Assembly (NCBI GenBank): GCA_002269645.1
Contig: NIVC01002738.1
Span: forward strand, 1 to 37,825
Direction of reading: 5' to 3'
Source: Macrostomum lignano
Taxonomy: Eukaryota
DNA length: 37,825 nt
In this document: positions 12,861 through 23,326 of the stretch, one piece after another
How positions within the stretch are numbered: position 1 is the first letter of the stretch
Layout of the letters: every line of letters begins with the position of its first letter
The notes under the pieces: generated by a model
Told to the model about the DNA's origin: nothing
Database searches by the model: none
The model's input: the letters and a program-made list of their open reading frames with translations, nothing else
Made by a program: the position numbers and the translations under genes

Positions 12861-13814
12861 GTCGAGACGAAGCGCGCGATGCCCCGCGAAGAAGCCAACA
12901 ACCCGGAGGCGCACATCACCACCAAGAAGCTGTTTGTCGGCGCCCTTCGCAAGGACGTCACCGACCAGCTGCTGCGGGACTATTTCTCAGCCTACGGCAC
13001 CATTGTCGACGCCTACATCGTCAGGGACAACGCCACGGGAGACAGTCGCGGCTTCGGCTTCGTCGTGTTCGATGACTATGACCCCGTGGACAAAGTGATG
13101 CTGTACAAGCCTCACCTGCTGCGTGCTGGAGGCTCAGTCAGCATCACGGACGTGAAGAAAGGCCTCACCAAGGAGGAGCTGGCCAGCGCGCACCTTCGGG
13201 AGCAGCAGCAGTCTCGCGGCGGCGGCATCAGCGGGGGCGGCAGCGGCAGCGGCATGCAGGCCAACATGGGCGGCCCTCCCGGCGCTATGATGATGTCAGG
13301 CGGTGCCATGGGGCCCTGGGGTCCCATGATGGGACCCATGATGGGCGGCGGCAGCGGACCGAAGCCGCAGCAGCAGCAGCACGGAAAGCAGCCGCAGGCC
13401 GCGTCTTCAAAGCCCTCCAAGAGTCCCGCTGGGGCTGGCGGCGGCGGCGGCCCAGGACCCAACGGCATGGGCGGCCCTGGCGGCTCGATGGGACCCTACG
13501 GACCCATGGGCATGATGGGACCCGGTCCTATGGGTCCTATGGGCATGATGGGACCAGGTCCTATGGGTCCAATGGGCATGATGGGACCGGGTCCTATGGG
13601 TCCAATGGGCATGATGGGACCAGGTCCTATGGGTCCCATGGGCATGATGGGACCAGGTCCCATGGGCCAGATGGGCATGATGGGACCTGGCTTCGGGTTC
13701 TATCCGAATCAGTGCGGTGGCTACGGACCGATGGGGCGCGGAGGCTGGGGCGGATTCCGCAGCTCGCCCTATTCAATGATGCCGCCGCACAGAACCCGCA
13801 GCAACTCCACCTGA
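12861..13814 (+). CDS. hnRNP A/B-family paralog 1, coding exon 2 (RRM2 plus Gly/Pro/Met-rich low-complexity tail); about 404 aa in total
   Basis: CAG acceptor at 12858-12860 gives VETKRAMPREE. RRM2 has LFVGAL and RGFGFVVF. M9-like GPMGRGGWGGFRSSPY lies near the C-terminus. Confidence 0.9.
   Translation, partial: VETKRAMPREEANNPEAHITTKKLFVGALRKDVTDQLLRDYFSAYGTIVDAYIVRDNATGDSRGFGFVVFDDYDPVDKVMLYKPHLLRAGGSVSITDVKKGLTKEELASAHLREQQQSRGGGISGGGSGSGMQANMGGPPGAMMMSGGAMGPWGPMMGPMMGGGSGPKPQQQQHGKQPQAASSKPSKSPAGAGGGGGPGPNGMGGPGGSMGPYGPMGMMGPGPMGPMGMMGPGPMGPMGMMGPGPMGPMGMMGPGPMGPMGMMGPGPMGQMGMMGPGFGFYPNQCGGYGPMGRGGWGGFRSSPYSMMPPHRTRSNST
13497..13690 (+). repeat. Coding 33-bp repeat, 6 x (MGPMGMMGPGP)
   Basis: Six units whose DNA differences fall mostly at synonymous third positions. 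Confidence 0.9.
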
Positions 13815-13877
13815 GGCTTGAGAGCCGCCCGCTGACCGTCCGGTGAGTGGCTTGAGACTCCGGCTGCGTGGTCTCAG

Positions 13878-14790
13878 GAAATCGCCTCCAATCTCACTTG
13901 AAATGACCTCCAATCTCACTAGGGATCGCCTCCAATCTCACTGGAAATGACCTCCAATCTCACTGAGAAACGCCTCCAAACTCACTGGAAATCACGTCCA
14001 ATCTCACTAGAAATCGCCTCCAAACTCACTGGAAATCGCCTCCAATCTCTCTTGGAATGATCTCCAATCTCACTGGGAATCGCCTCCAATCTCACTTGGA
14101 ATCGCCTCCAATCTCACTGGAAATCGCGTCCAATCTCACTGGAAATCGCCTCCAATCTCACTTGGAATGATCTCCAATCTCACTGGGAATCGCCTCCAAT
14201 CTCACTTGGAATCGCCTCCAATCTCACTGGAAATCGCCTCCAATCTCACTGGAAATCGCCTCTAATCTCACTGGGAATAATCCCCAATCTCACTGGAAAT
14301 CGCCTCCAATCTCACTGGAAATCGCCTCTAATCTCACTGGGAATAACCCCCAATCTCACTGGAAATCGCCTCCAATCTCACTGGGAATCGCCTCTAATCT
14401 CACTGGGAAACGCCTCCAATCTCACTTGGAATCGCCTCCAATCTCACTGGAAATCGCCTCCAATCTCTCTTGGAATGATCTCCAATCTCACTGGGAATCG
14501 CCTCCAATCTCACTTTGAATCGCCTCCAATCTCACTGGAAATCGCGTCCAATCTCACTGGAAATCGCCTCCAATCTCACTTGGAATGATCTCCAATCTCA
14601 CTGGGAATCGCCTCCAATCTCACTTGGAATCGCCTCCAATCTCACTGGAAATCGCCTCTAATCTCACTGGGAATGACCCCAATCTCACTGGAAATCGCCT
14701 CCAATCTCACTGGAAATCGCCTCTAATCTCACTGGGAAACGCCTCCAATCTCACTGGGAATCGCCTCCAATCTCACAGGGAATCGCCTCC
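13878..14790. repeat. 22-bp minisatellite (ctccaatctcactggaaatcgc), ~40 copies
   Basis: Tandem unit visible. Confidence 0.95.
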
Positions 14791-15224
14791 ATAGCCATTA
14801 AAATCGGCCACCAAAGTCACTTCAAAGACCCCCACTGCACACCTTCAATTCCAGGTGCCACAATTCGGCTATCAGTGCAGATGAACTCACAGGGCCACTC
14901 GTGCGCATCTCTGACTGATTTTGTTCATATTGGTTTACATTGAGTGCCGCATTGTGCTGCAGAATGCATTGCCAGATTCATCCAATCAGAAGCTGCATGC
15001 TATGCGCAATCATTCTTATCAAGTCTGTTTTGTAAATTCAGCGTGTCTTGGTGACCTGTGCTCAAGTTTATGTTGGTTGGGCTGCTCATGTGAGCAGAAC
15101 GGTTGCTATGGGCTCAAATCGGAGCCAGACACCCTGACATCCGCCTGACATCCTGACGTCCGCCTGACACTCTGACATCCGCCTTCCAAACCAACTGCAT
15201 TCGATTTTTTGTCCTGCGCCTGTG

Positions 15225-16308
15225 GTTCTTTGTGTCTGTGTGTTTGTCCGTGTGTCTGCTGTCTGTCTGTGTGTTTGTCCGTGTGTCTGCTGTCTGTCTG
15301 TGTGTTGTCCGTGTATCTGCTGTCTGTCTGTGTGTTGTCCGTGTATCTGCTGTCTGTCTGTGTGTTTGTCCGTGTTTTCCGTGTGTCTGCTGTCTGTCTG
15401 TGTGTTTGTCCGTGTGTCTGCTGTCTGTCTGTGTGTTGTCCGTGTATCTGCTGTCTGTCTGTGTGTTTGTCCGTGTGTCTGCTGTCTGTCTGTGTGTTTG
15501 TCCGTGTGTCTGCTGTCTGTCTGTGTGTTTGTCCGTGTGTCTGCTGTCTGTCTGTGTGTTTGTCCGTGTGTCTGCTGTCTGTCTGTGTGTTTGTCCGTGT
15601 ATCTGCTGTCTGTCTGTGTGTTTGTCCGTGTGTCTGCTGTCTGTCTGTGTGTTTGTCCGTGTGTCTGCTGTCTGTGTGTGTGTTTGTCCGTGTGTCTGCT
15701 GTCTGTCTGTGTGTTTGTCCGTGTGTCTGCTGTCTGTCTGTGTGTTTGTCCGTGTGTCTGCTGTCTGTCTGTGTGTTGTCCGTGTATCTGCTGTCTGTCT
15801 GTGTGTTTGTCCGTGTGTCTGCTGTCTGTCTGTGTGTTGTCCGTGTTGTCCGTGTGTCTGCTGTCTGTCTGTGTTTGTCCGTGTGTCTGCTGTCTGTGTG
15901 TGTGTCTGTCCGTGTGTCTGTCTGTCTGTCTGTGTTTGTCCGTGTGTCTGCTGTCTGTCTGTGTGTTTGTCCGTGTGTCTGTCTGTCTGTCTGTGTTTGT
16001 CCGTGTGTCTGCTGTCTGTCTGTGTGTCTGTCCGTGTGTCTGTCTGTCTGTCTGTGTTTGTCCGTGTGTCTGCTGTCTGTCTGTGTGTTTGTCCGTGTGT
16101 CTGCTGTCTGTCTGTGTGTTTGTCCGTGTTGTCCGTGTGTCTGCTGTCTGTCTGTGTGTTTGTCCGTGTGTCTGCTGTCTGTCTGTGTGTTTGTCCGTGT
16201 ATCTGCTGTCTGTCTGTGTGTCTGTCCGTGTGTCTGCTGTCTGTGTCTGTCCGTGTGTCTGCTATTTGTCTGTGTGTTTGTCCGTGTGTCTGCTGTCTGT
16301 CTGTGTCC
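15225..16308. repeat. 31-bp TG/TC-rich minisatellite, ~35 copies
   Basis: Unit ccgtgtgtctgctgtctgtctgtgtgtttgt; source of four spurious 400-aa ORFs. Confidence 0.95.
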
Positions 16309-16544
16309 GCAGTCCAAATCCCTCAATTTTCGGGCCGCAGGCAGCTCCCAGATTTTCTGCTCCCGCGCTTTTCCCGACGCTGCACCGTCAGCGCCGTTTT
16401 TTCCAATGCGTTTTTGCTGACTTTTTGCATTCTCGAGGCCGGCAGTTTTTATCTGTTCGATTTTTAATAAATTTGAAACTTTTTGTTTTACTGGGCGACG
16501 GCTGCGTTTGACTTGCTTTGTCTTGGGCTGCGGGCTTCAGAACA

Positions 16545-17140
16545 GGTGTTACAGTGAGTGCCTGTTAGACACAGGGTGTTACAGTGAGTGCCTGTTAGAG
16601 CCAGAGTGTTACAGTGAGTGCTTGTTAGACAGAGGGTGTTACGGTGTGTTTGTGCCTGTTAGACACAGAGTGTTACAGTGTGTGCCTGTTAGACAGAGGG
16701 TGTTACAGTGTTTTTGTGCCTGTTAGACACAGAGTGTTACAGTGTGTGCCTGTTAGACAGAGGGTGTTACAGTGTTTTTGTGCCTGTTAGACACAGAGTG
16801 TTACAGTGTGTGCCTGTTAGACAGAGGGTGTTACAGTGTGTGCCTGTTAAACACAGGGTGTTACAGTGAGTGCCTGTTAGAGACAGGGTGTTACAGTGTG
16901 TTTGTGCCTGTTAGACACAGGGTGTTACAGTGAGTGCCTGTTAGACACAGGGTGTTACAGTGAGTGCCTGTTAGACACAGGGTGTTACAGTGAGTGCCTG
17001 TTAAACACAGGGTGTTACAGTGAGTGCCTGTTAAACACAGGGTGTTACAGTGAGTGCCTGTTAAACACAGGGTGTTACAGTGAGTGCCTGTTATACACAG
17101 GGTGTTACAGTGAGTGCCTGTTAGACACAGGGTGTTACAC
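16545..17140. repeat. 30-bp minisatellite (gtgttacagtgagtgcctgttagacacagg), ~20 copies
   Basis: Tandem unit visible. Confidence 0.95.
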
Positions 17141-17804
17141 TCGCTGTCTAACACCCCAATACACGGTGCCACAGGCAGTTACTCAACAATATCAAGGCTG
17201 CATACCGCAGGTTACCAAAATACTGCACCATATTCTACTGTACCATCATCGTTACAATGATGAGTGCCTCCCAGTGTGAAGTCACACTGACAGGCACTCG
17301 CAGACCCAACTGTACTGACTGTTGTATCGTACATCTCACTGTAACCATACAGTACTGAGTGCACTTTGATGCACTTTTACCTTGATCTGTTTGTACTTTT
17401 ACTGTGTGCATCGGTGTGCTGCCTCCAGCATGCTTAATATTTACGCTATTAAAGTACCTTTATTTATTACATTTTTCCTCAAAAAAGTAGTGTAAACTGC
17501 GACTGTACTACTTTATTCAGCCACCGACTGCCCACTTCAAATTGCGTTACCTACTGAAATAATATTGAATTCTGTGGTGTAAAACTAAAACTATACTTAG
17601 TGTTACTCTGGAGTTCTACAATAGTTATTGATTAATAAATTACTTCTGTTATGTAATACTACTTATTCAGTACATATGTACTTGAGGACTTAGCTTACTC
17701 ATATATATCATACTTCCCAGTAATATTAGGAATTATTTCAGTGTATGACAATTGCACCTGCCAATGGCTGAAAATCAGGTTTAGACTTATGCTGCGTTTC
17801 CCCG

Positions 17805-18448
17805 TCTCCCATCCTCTACTCAGCTTCCGGTTCCCCATCCGCTACTCAGCTTCCGGTTCCCCATCCGCTACTCAGCTTCCGGTTCCCCATCCGCTACTCA
17901 GCTTCCGGTTCCCCATCCGCTACTCAGCTTCTGCGATTCCCCATCCGCTACTCAGCTTCTGCGATTCCCCATCCGCTACTCAGCTTCCGGTTCCCCATCC
18001 GCTACTCAACCTCTGGTTCCCCATCCCCTACTCAGCATCCGTTACCCCATCCTCTACTCAGCATCCGTTACCCCATCCCCTACTCAGCTTCCGCGGTTTA
18101 CCATCCGCTACTCAGCTTCCGATTCCCCATCCCCTACTCAGCTTCCGCGGTTTACCATCCGCTACTCAGGTTCCGGTTCCCCATCCAATACTCAACCTCT
18201 GGTTCCCCATCCCCTACTCAGCATCCGTTACCCCATCCCCTACTCAGCTTCCGCGGTTTACCATCCGCTACTCAATCTCTGGTTCCCCATCCCCTACTCA
18301 GCATCCGTTACCCCATCCTCTACTCAGCTTTCGCGGTTTACCATCCGCTACTCAGCTTCCGGTTCCCCATCAGCTACTCAGCTTCCGGTTCCCTATCCGC
18401 TACTCAGCTTCCGGTTCCCCATCAGCTACTCAGCTTCCGGTTCCCCAG
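17805..18448. repeat. 26-bp minisatellite (ccatccgctactcagcttccggttcc), ~24 copies, ending in a candidate splice acceptor
   Basis: Tandem unit visible; the last unit ends ...ggttccccAG at 18448. Confidence 0.92.
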
Positions 18449-18509
18449 CCAGCCAGCCAGCCCCGCGGCCTCATTGCAGCGCTGAGCCCAGCATCCCAAC
18501 TGCTTCATC

Positions 18510-18794
18510 ATGGTATTCGGCGGAGCTTCCGGTGGCAGCAGGCAGTCGGCGCTGGCGCCGCGCGATCCGAGCGACGAGGCGTTCCGCAAAATCTTCGTCG
18601 GCGGCCTCAGTCCCGACGTGAGCACCGACGGCCTGCGCGAGTACTTTGCCAAGTTCGGCGAAGTCACCGACTGCGTGGCGGTCAGGAACCCGGCCACTCA
18701 GCGGTCCAAGGGCTTCGGCTTCGTCACCTTCAAAGACGCCGAGACCGTGAATGCGGTGCAGGCCAAGCGGCCCCACACCATTCAGGATAAGGAG
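18510..18794 (+). CDS. hnRNP A/B-family 2xRRM protein, paralog 2, coding exon 1 (RRM1)
   Basis: KIFVGGLS (RNP2), KGFGFVTF (RNP1), RPHTIQDKE; GTGAGC donor at 18795 (phase 0). Confidence 0.9.
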
Positions 18795-18819
18795 GTGAGC
18801 GGAGCTCTGAGTAGCCCAG

Positions 18820-19235
18820 AAATGCCTCAGCTGCTCCCAGCCTCCCAGATGAAGCCTCAAATGCCTAAGCTGCTCCCAGTCTCCCAGATGAAGCCTCAAA
18901 TGCCTCACTCAGCTGCTCCCAGGCTACCAGATGAAGCCTCAAATGCCTCACTCACAGCTGCTCCCAGCCTCCCAGATGAAGCATCAAATGCCTCACTCAC
19001 AGCTGCTCCCAGCCTCCCAGATGAAGCATCAAATGTCTCACTCACAGCTGCTCCCAGCCTCCCAGATGAAGCCTCAAATGCCTCACGGCTGCTCCCAGCC
19101 TCCCAGATGAAGCCTCAAATGCCTCACGGCTGCTCCCAGCCTCCCAGATGAAGCATCAAATGCCTCACTCACAGCTGCTCCCAGCCTCCCAGATGAAGCA
19201 TCAAATGCCTCACTCACGGCTGCTCCCCGCCCTCT
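18820..19235. repeat. 41-45-bp intronic minisatellite (cctcccagatgaagcctcaaatgcctcactcacagctgctcccag)
   Basis: Tandem unit fills the intron of paralog 2. Confidence 0.92.
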
Positions 19236-19240
19236 CCCAG

Positions 19241-19792
19241 GTGGAGGTGAAGCGCGCGATGCCCCGTGACGAGGGCGACCGCCCGGAGTTCCGCGTCACC
19301 ACCCCGAAGCTGTTCGTTGGCTCGCTGCCGAAGGACGCCACCGAGGACGAGATCCGCGAGCAGTTCGGCCAGTTCGGTGACATCGAGTCCGTTGAAATCG
19401 CCCGCGTCAAGGAGACGGGCGACAGTCGCGGCTTCGGCTTCGTGACCTTCTCCGACTACGACTCCGTTGACAAGGCGGTGCTGCACCGGCCGCACCGAGT
19501 AAAGAACTGCGGTGTGGATGTGCGCAAGGGTCTCAGCCGCGAGGAGATGCAGCGGGTCCGCATGCGCCAGCAGCAGCAGCAGCAGCAGTTCCAGCAGCCC
19601 TACGGCTACCCGTACCAGCAGCAGGAAGCTGGAGGCTACGGCGGCTTCGCTGGAGGCTACGGCGGTGGCTACGGCGGCGGCTACGGGCCGCAAATCGGGC
19701 GCGGCGGCTGGCGGGGGGTGCCGTACGCAGGCGGCTGGCAGCGAGGCGGCGGCGGCGGCGGCTACCGAGGAGGTCGCGGCCGCGGCATTTGA
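19241..19792 (+). CDS. hnRNP A/B-family paralog 2, coding exon 2 (RRM2 plus polyQ/GGY/RGG tail); about 278 aa in total
   Basis: CAG acceptor at 19238-19240 gives VEVKRAMPRDE. RRM2 has LFVGSL and RGFGFVTF; the tail has GGYGG and RGG repeats. Confidence 0.9.
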   Translation: MEVKRAMPRDEGDRPEFRVTTPKLFVGSLPKDATEDEIREQFGQFGDIESVEIARVKETGDSRGFGFVTFSDYDSVDKAVLHRPHRVKNCGVDVRKGLSREEMQRVRMRQQQQQQQFQQPYGYPYQQQEAGGYGGFAGGYGGGYGGGYGPQIGRGGWRGVPYAGGWQRGGGGGGYRGGRGRGI

Positions 19793-20511
19793 GGCCGGCT
19801 GAGCAACTGCGGGTTTCGGCTGGGCCGGGCGGTGCTGAGCAGCCGACTGTCTCTCCTCTGACAGCCCAGCCGCCTGTGGCGCGGTGCACCGCTTTGTTAG
19901 AAACGCGGCGAGTCTCAAAGCCGGCCGTACCGGTCCCGGGCTTCTCCCACTGCCAGCTCTGTTTTTTATTCATATTTATAAGCGACTTGACCGGCTGTTC
20001 AAAGTGACGCCTCACCCTACTGGCAGTAGTATATCGTCTGCGTGTCTCTAATTATTATTATCCTTTGTTATAATCGCTGTTGTTTCAAGTGGCACCAATT
20101 TAAACAGTTAATTGGGTTATCAGTTATCTGTAGGAATGCGAGCTGGTCAGTCAGCCTCTGCTAATCATCCGGCCCCATATTGATAATTTGCCCGCTTTGC
20201 CCTCCCTGCCCGCCTTGCAAACCCGCCGCCCCCGCCCAGGCCCGCCCGCAGCTGTTCTGTTGTTGCTGAGGTCCCGAGTTCGAGTCCCTCCGCCGCCGTC
20301 CCAGCTGCATGGACAATTTTGAGTCAGGCAGCGGCAGCGGCGGCTTCTGACCTTCCCTGTGCTTTTTTCTAACTGGTGTCAGAGCGGAAATACAATTTCT
20401 AAGAAACACCGCGGCTGCGCACCTGCGGCGCTCGCGGCTCCTCTGGGGCGCGAGTTTGGAGATAAAATGCTTTTTTGCCATGGCGACCTGCGGCTTTGTT
20501 ACCTGCTTTTG

Positions 20512-20655
20512 AAGTGACTGTGAGCTGGAGCCACATTGGTGACTCACTCATTGGTGACTGAGCTGAGGCCACATTGGTGACTCACTCATTGGTGACTGTG
20601 AGCTGAGGCCAGATTGGTGACTCACTCATAGGTGACTGTGAGCTGAGGCCAGATT
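20512..20655. repeat. ~40-bp tandem repeat, 3-4 copies, each with TGACTCA and ATTGG
   Basis: Unit gtgactgtgagctgaggccacattggtgactcactcattg. Confidence 0.8.
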
Positions 20656-21472
20656 CAGTCTGGTGAAAGAGTCTTCAGTGTGTCGAATTTTACTCAAGGT
20701 TGGCAGAGAATTTATTAAAGTGACCGCAAAGCTTTGTGTTTGAAAAATATCAGGCAAAACATGCGAGCAAGGATCCGTGTCTCTGGTCTGCGAAATGTCC
20801 CGTGGGAAAATACGCTCCCACGTGTCACGCAGGGGCTATCGGTTGACAAGCTTAGCAGATCGGATTTCACGTTTTCGTAATAATTCTGGTCTAAATACCA
20901 GCAAGTCTTGCAGCCAGACGTTGGCGAGCTTCTACGGCTCGTATTATGAGTGCAGCGCCTTTTTTAATCAGTGGTAGATTGTGTACAGTGTATATGATTT
21001 TTGAGGTAGACAATCATTAATTATTTACAGTGGCGAAGCTCTAGTGAATACGAAGATCTAGTGAAATGACAACGCCGTTGCATGGAAACTTCTACGGCAG
21101 CGACCTATATATTTTGACACGATATTATAAAGATAAAAGGGACTAAAAACGCAAAGTAACAATTGTAGAAGTGATGAGTATGAGTACGCGACAGTGTACG
21201 CACAAGCGAAAGTACAGAGAGGAGATAAAATAGCCAGAGCAGCGCAACCCGAAAACACACAACCCAACACAGCACCAACACCCAAGACACTCGTGACACA
21301 CGCCACAACAAAAACCACATGCACAAGCACAAGCGTTGATTAATTAGCCAACAGCGTGAGACAATGATTATGAGCTGTTTGAGTAGCGACTGGCTTTGCC
21401 ACAACTGAGCGGCTTCCCATGATTACGAATTTGGTTCCGGAGTAGCACTGCGTCTCATTGTAGGACTCAATT

Positions 21473-21742
21473 CAGTCACTGAGTGTTCATGAGGGAGCTG
21501 TCAGTCACTGAATGTTCATGAGGGAGCTGTCAGGCTGTCAGTCACTGAATGTTCATGAGGGAGCTGTCAGTCACTGAATGTTCATGAGGGAGCTGTCAGG
21601 CTGTCAGTCACTGAATGTTCATGAGGGAGCTGTCAGTCACTGAATGTTCATGAGGGAGCTGTCAGTCACTGAATGTTCATGAGGGAGCTGTCAGGCTGTC
21701 AGTCACTGAATGTTCATGAGGGAGCTGTCAGGCTGTCAGTCA
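21473..21742. repeat. 29/37-bp minisatellite (gtcagtcactgaatgttcatgagggagct +/- gtcaggct), copy A
   Basis: Tandem unit visible; the same family recurs at 22375-22538. Confidence 0.92.
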
Positions 21743-22374
21743 TTGCCGGAGTATGCAATATTTTAAATCATCAAAGTACATTTAATACAGTATATTCATT
21801 AGGAACATGTACAGTACAGTAAAATTTCTCAAACAGCTCGCGCAAAAGCCAGTTAAGTTTAAAAAGTTAAACATGTAAATATTTAAAATGAACATTTTTG
21901 ATTTAAAAACAAAATTTATTAAAAAGGCGGAGAGGCTTACAAAATTCCGAGTTCAACTCAAGCTGCTGCATCAAGTCTCTCCAGCTGGCTGCTGGCTGAG
22001 GAGGTGCCGGCTGACCTTTGATGCTATTGTGACCTTGCAGCCTTTTATGTACTTTTATTCTTGTCTTCAGGGATTTTGCAGGTGATTCACTGTAGGATTC
22101 TCATTTTGTATTTAGGAATTTACTTTTGTTAACTCAAAATCATGAAAGCTCTTAGCACGCGGCAGTTTGAAGGCAGCATTGAGGGGCAGAAAGCACAGAG
22201 GGTAAGATCGAGAACTGAGGCACGAACTCTTCCATTATTTTCAAATTTGTGTGTTAACTGAAAAAAGCAAGCAAACAGACTACAAATGTATTTTAGCAAA
22301 GTAACAAAATGATGAATTGCAAATTGGGGAATTTTATCATTTCGTCGATATCTGACGAGCTGAGGGTGGGATTT

Positions 22375-22538
22375 CATGAGGGAGCTGTCAGGCTGTCAGT
22401 CACTGAGTGTTCATGAGGGAGCTGTCAGGCTGTCAGTCACTGAATGTTTATGAGGGAGCTGTCAGGCTGTCAGTCAGTGAATGTTCATTAGGGAGCTGTC
22501 AGGCTGTCAGTCACTGAATGTTCATGAGAAGCTGTCAG
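22375..22538. repeat. 29/37-bp minisatellite, copy B, interrupted by a MITE
   Basis: Same unit as 21473-21742; it resumes after 22757. Confidence 0.9.
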
Positions 22539-22756
22539 GGGGACGCTTTCATAAAACATAAATTTCACAACGCCTAAATTTAATAACGCCTAAACCCAAA
22601 AATGCAGCGTCCTTCACATCGCCTAAATCTCAAAACGCCTAAAATTTTTGCTAATTAAAAATTTTAATGTTTTGAAATTTAGGCGATATGAAATTTAGGC
22701 GTTGTGAAGTCATGTGCTTTAGGCATTGTGAAATTTAAGCCTTAGAAAGCGCCCCC
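22539..22756. mobile_element. Palindromic (foldback-type) MITE, 218 bp
   Basis: TIRs GGGGACGCTTTC and GAAAGCGCCCCC (11/12). Internal subrepeats (cgcctaaa) on the left are mirrored by (tttaggcg) on the right. A 7-bp ctgtcag lies on both flanks. Confidence 0.7.
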
Positions 22757-22979
22757 CTGTCAGGCTGTCAGTCACTGAAGGGTACATGAGTACCTGATGA
22801 AAGTACAAAAAATTAATTTGCAGACTGATTGAGCTGAATTCATGAGCAGGTACTTAAATAATCAGGGAGCATGTACACACAGCATTTTAAGCTATCAAAG
22901 AACATCTAAAATATTTATCAGTAACATATGCAGTAAAAGTTTCTCGAAAAGCCCCCAAATCCAGAAAACCTTTAAAAAT

Positions 22980-23045
22980 TACGAGTTCAACTCAAGCTGC
23001 TGCATCAAGTCTCTCCAGCTTCTCCCTGACCCAACAGACCTTTGA
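22980..23045 (-). pseudogene. Relic copy of the cGLR C-terminal end (VCWVREKLERLDAAA*); a second, shorter relic lies at ~21950-21995
   Basis: Aligns by eye to 23385-23430 of the gene (IGWVRQKLEGLDAAS). The two relics share gttcaactcaagctgctgcatcaagtctctccagct. Confidence 0.65.
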
Positions 23046-23326
23046 ATTTTCCAGGTTCATGCAGATAACTGCTACCTGTGCATTTGGCTTGAATATTTCA
23101 TTAAACAGCAGTGGCAATTGGGTATTGAAGTCCGCAAAACAAAATCGCAGAGAAAAGCCCGCATCAAAGCAGACACGCAGTTTGAAGGGAAAAAGCTATT
23201 CAGCATGCAGTGTGAATTGAATCGCAGCAAAAATGTACAAAACTGCAGTTCATAGCATGAGGGCTGCTCGCACTCCATTCCATTTCCAGAGTAAATTGTA
23301 TTCGCAACGAAAAGAGCACCAGGCAG

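Noticed and set aside
15106-16511. Four overlapping 400-aa ORFs
   Set aside because: Open frames created by the stop-free 31-bp minisatellite; no protein signal.
17741-18500. 349-aa ORF 17741..18790 as an N-terminal extension of hnRNP paralog 2
   Set aside because: Derived from the minisatellite and in a different frame from the RRM.
20161-20547. 128-aa minus-strand ORF
   Set aside because: It starts inside a tandem repeat, has low complexity and shows no domain; more likely GC-rich regulatory DNA.
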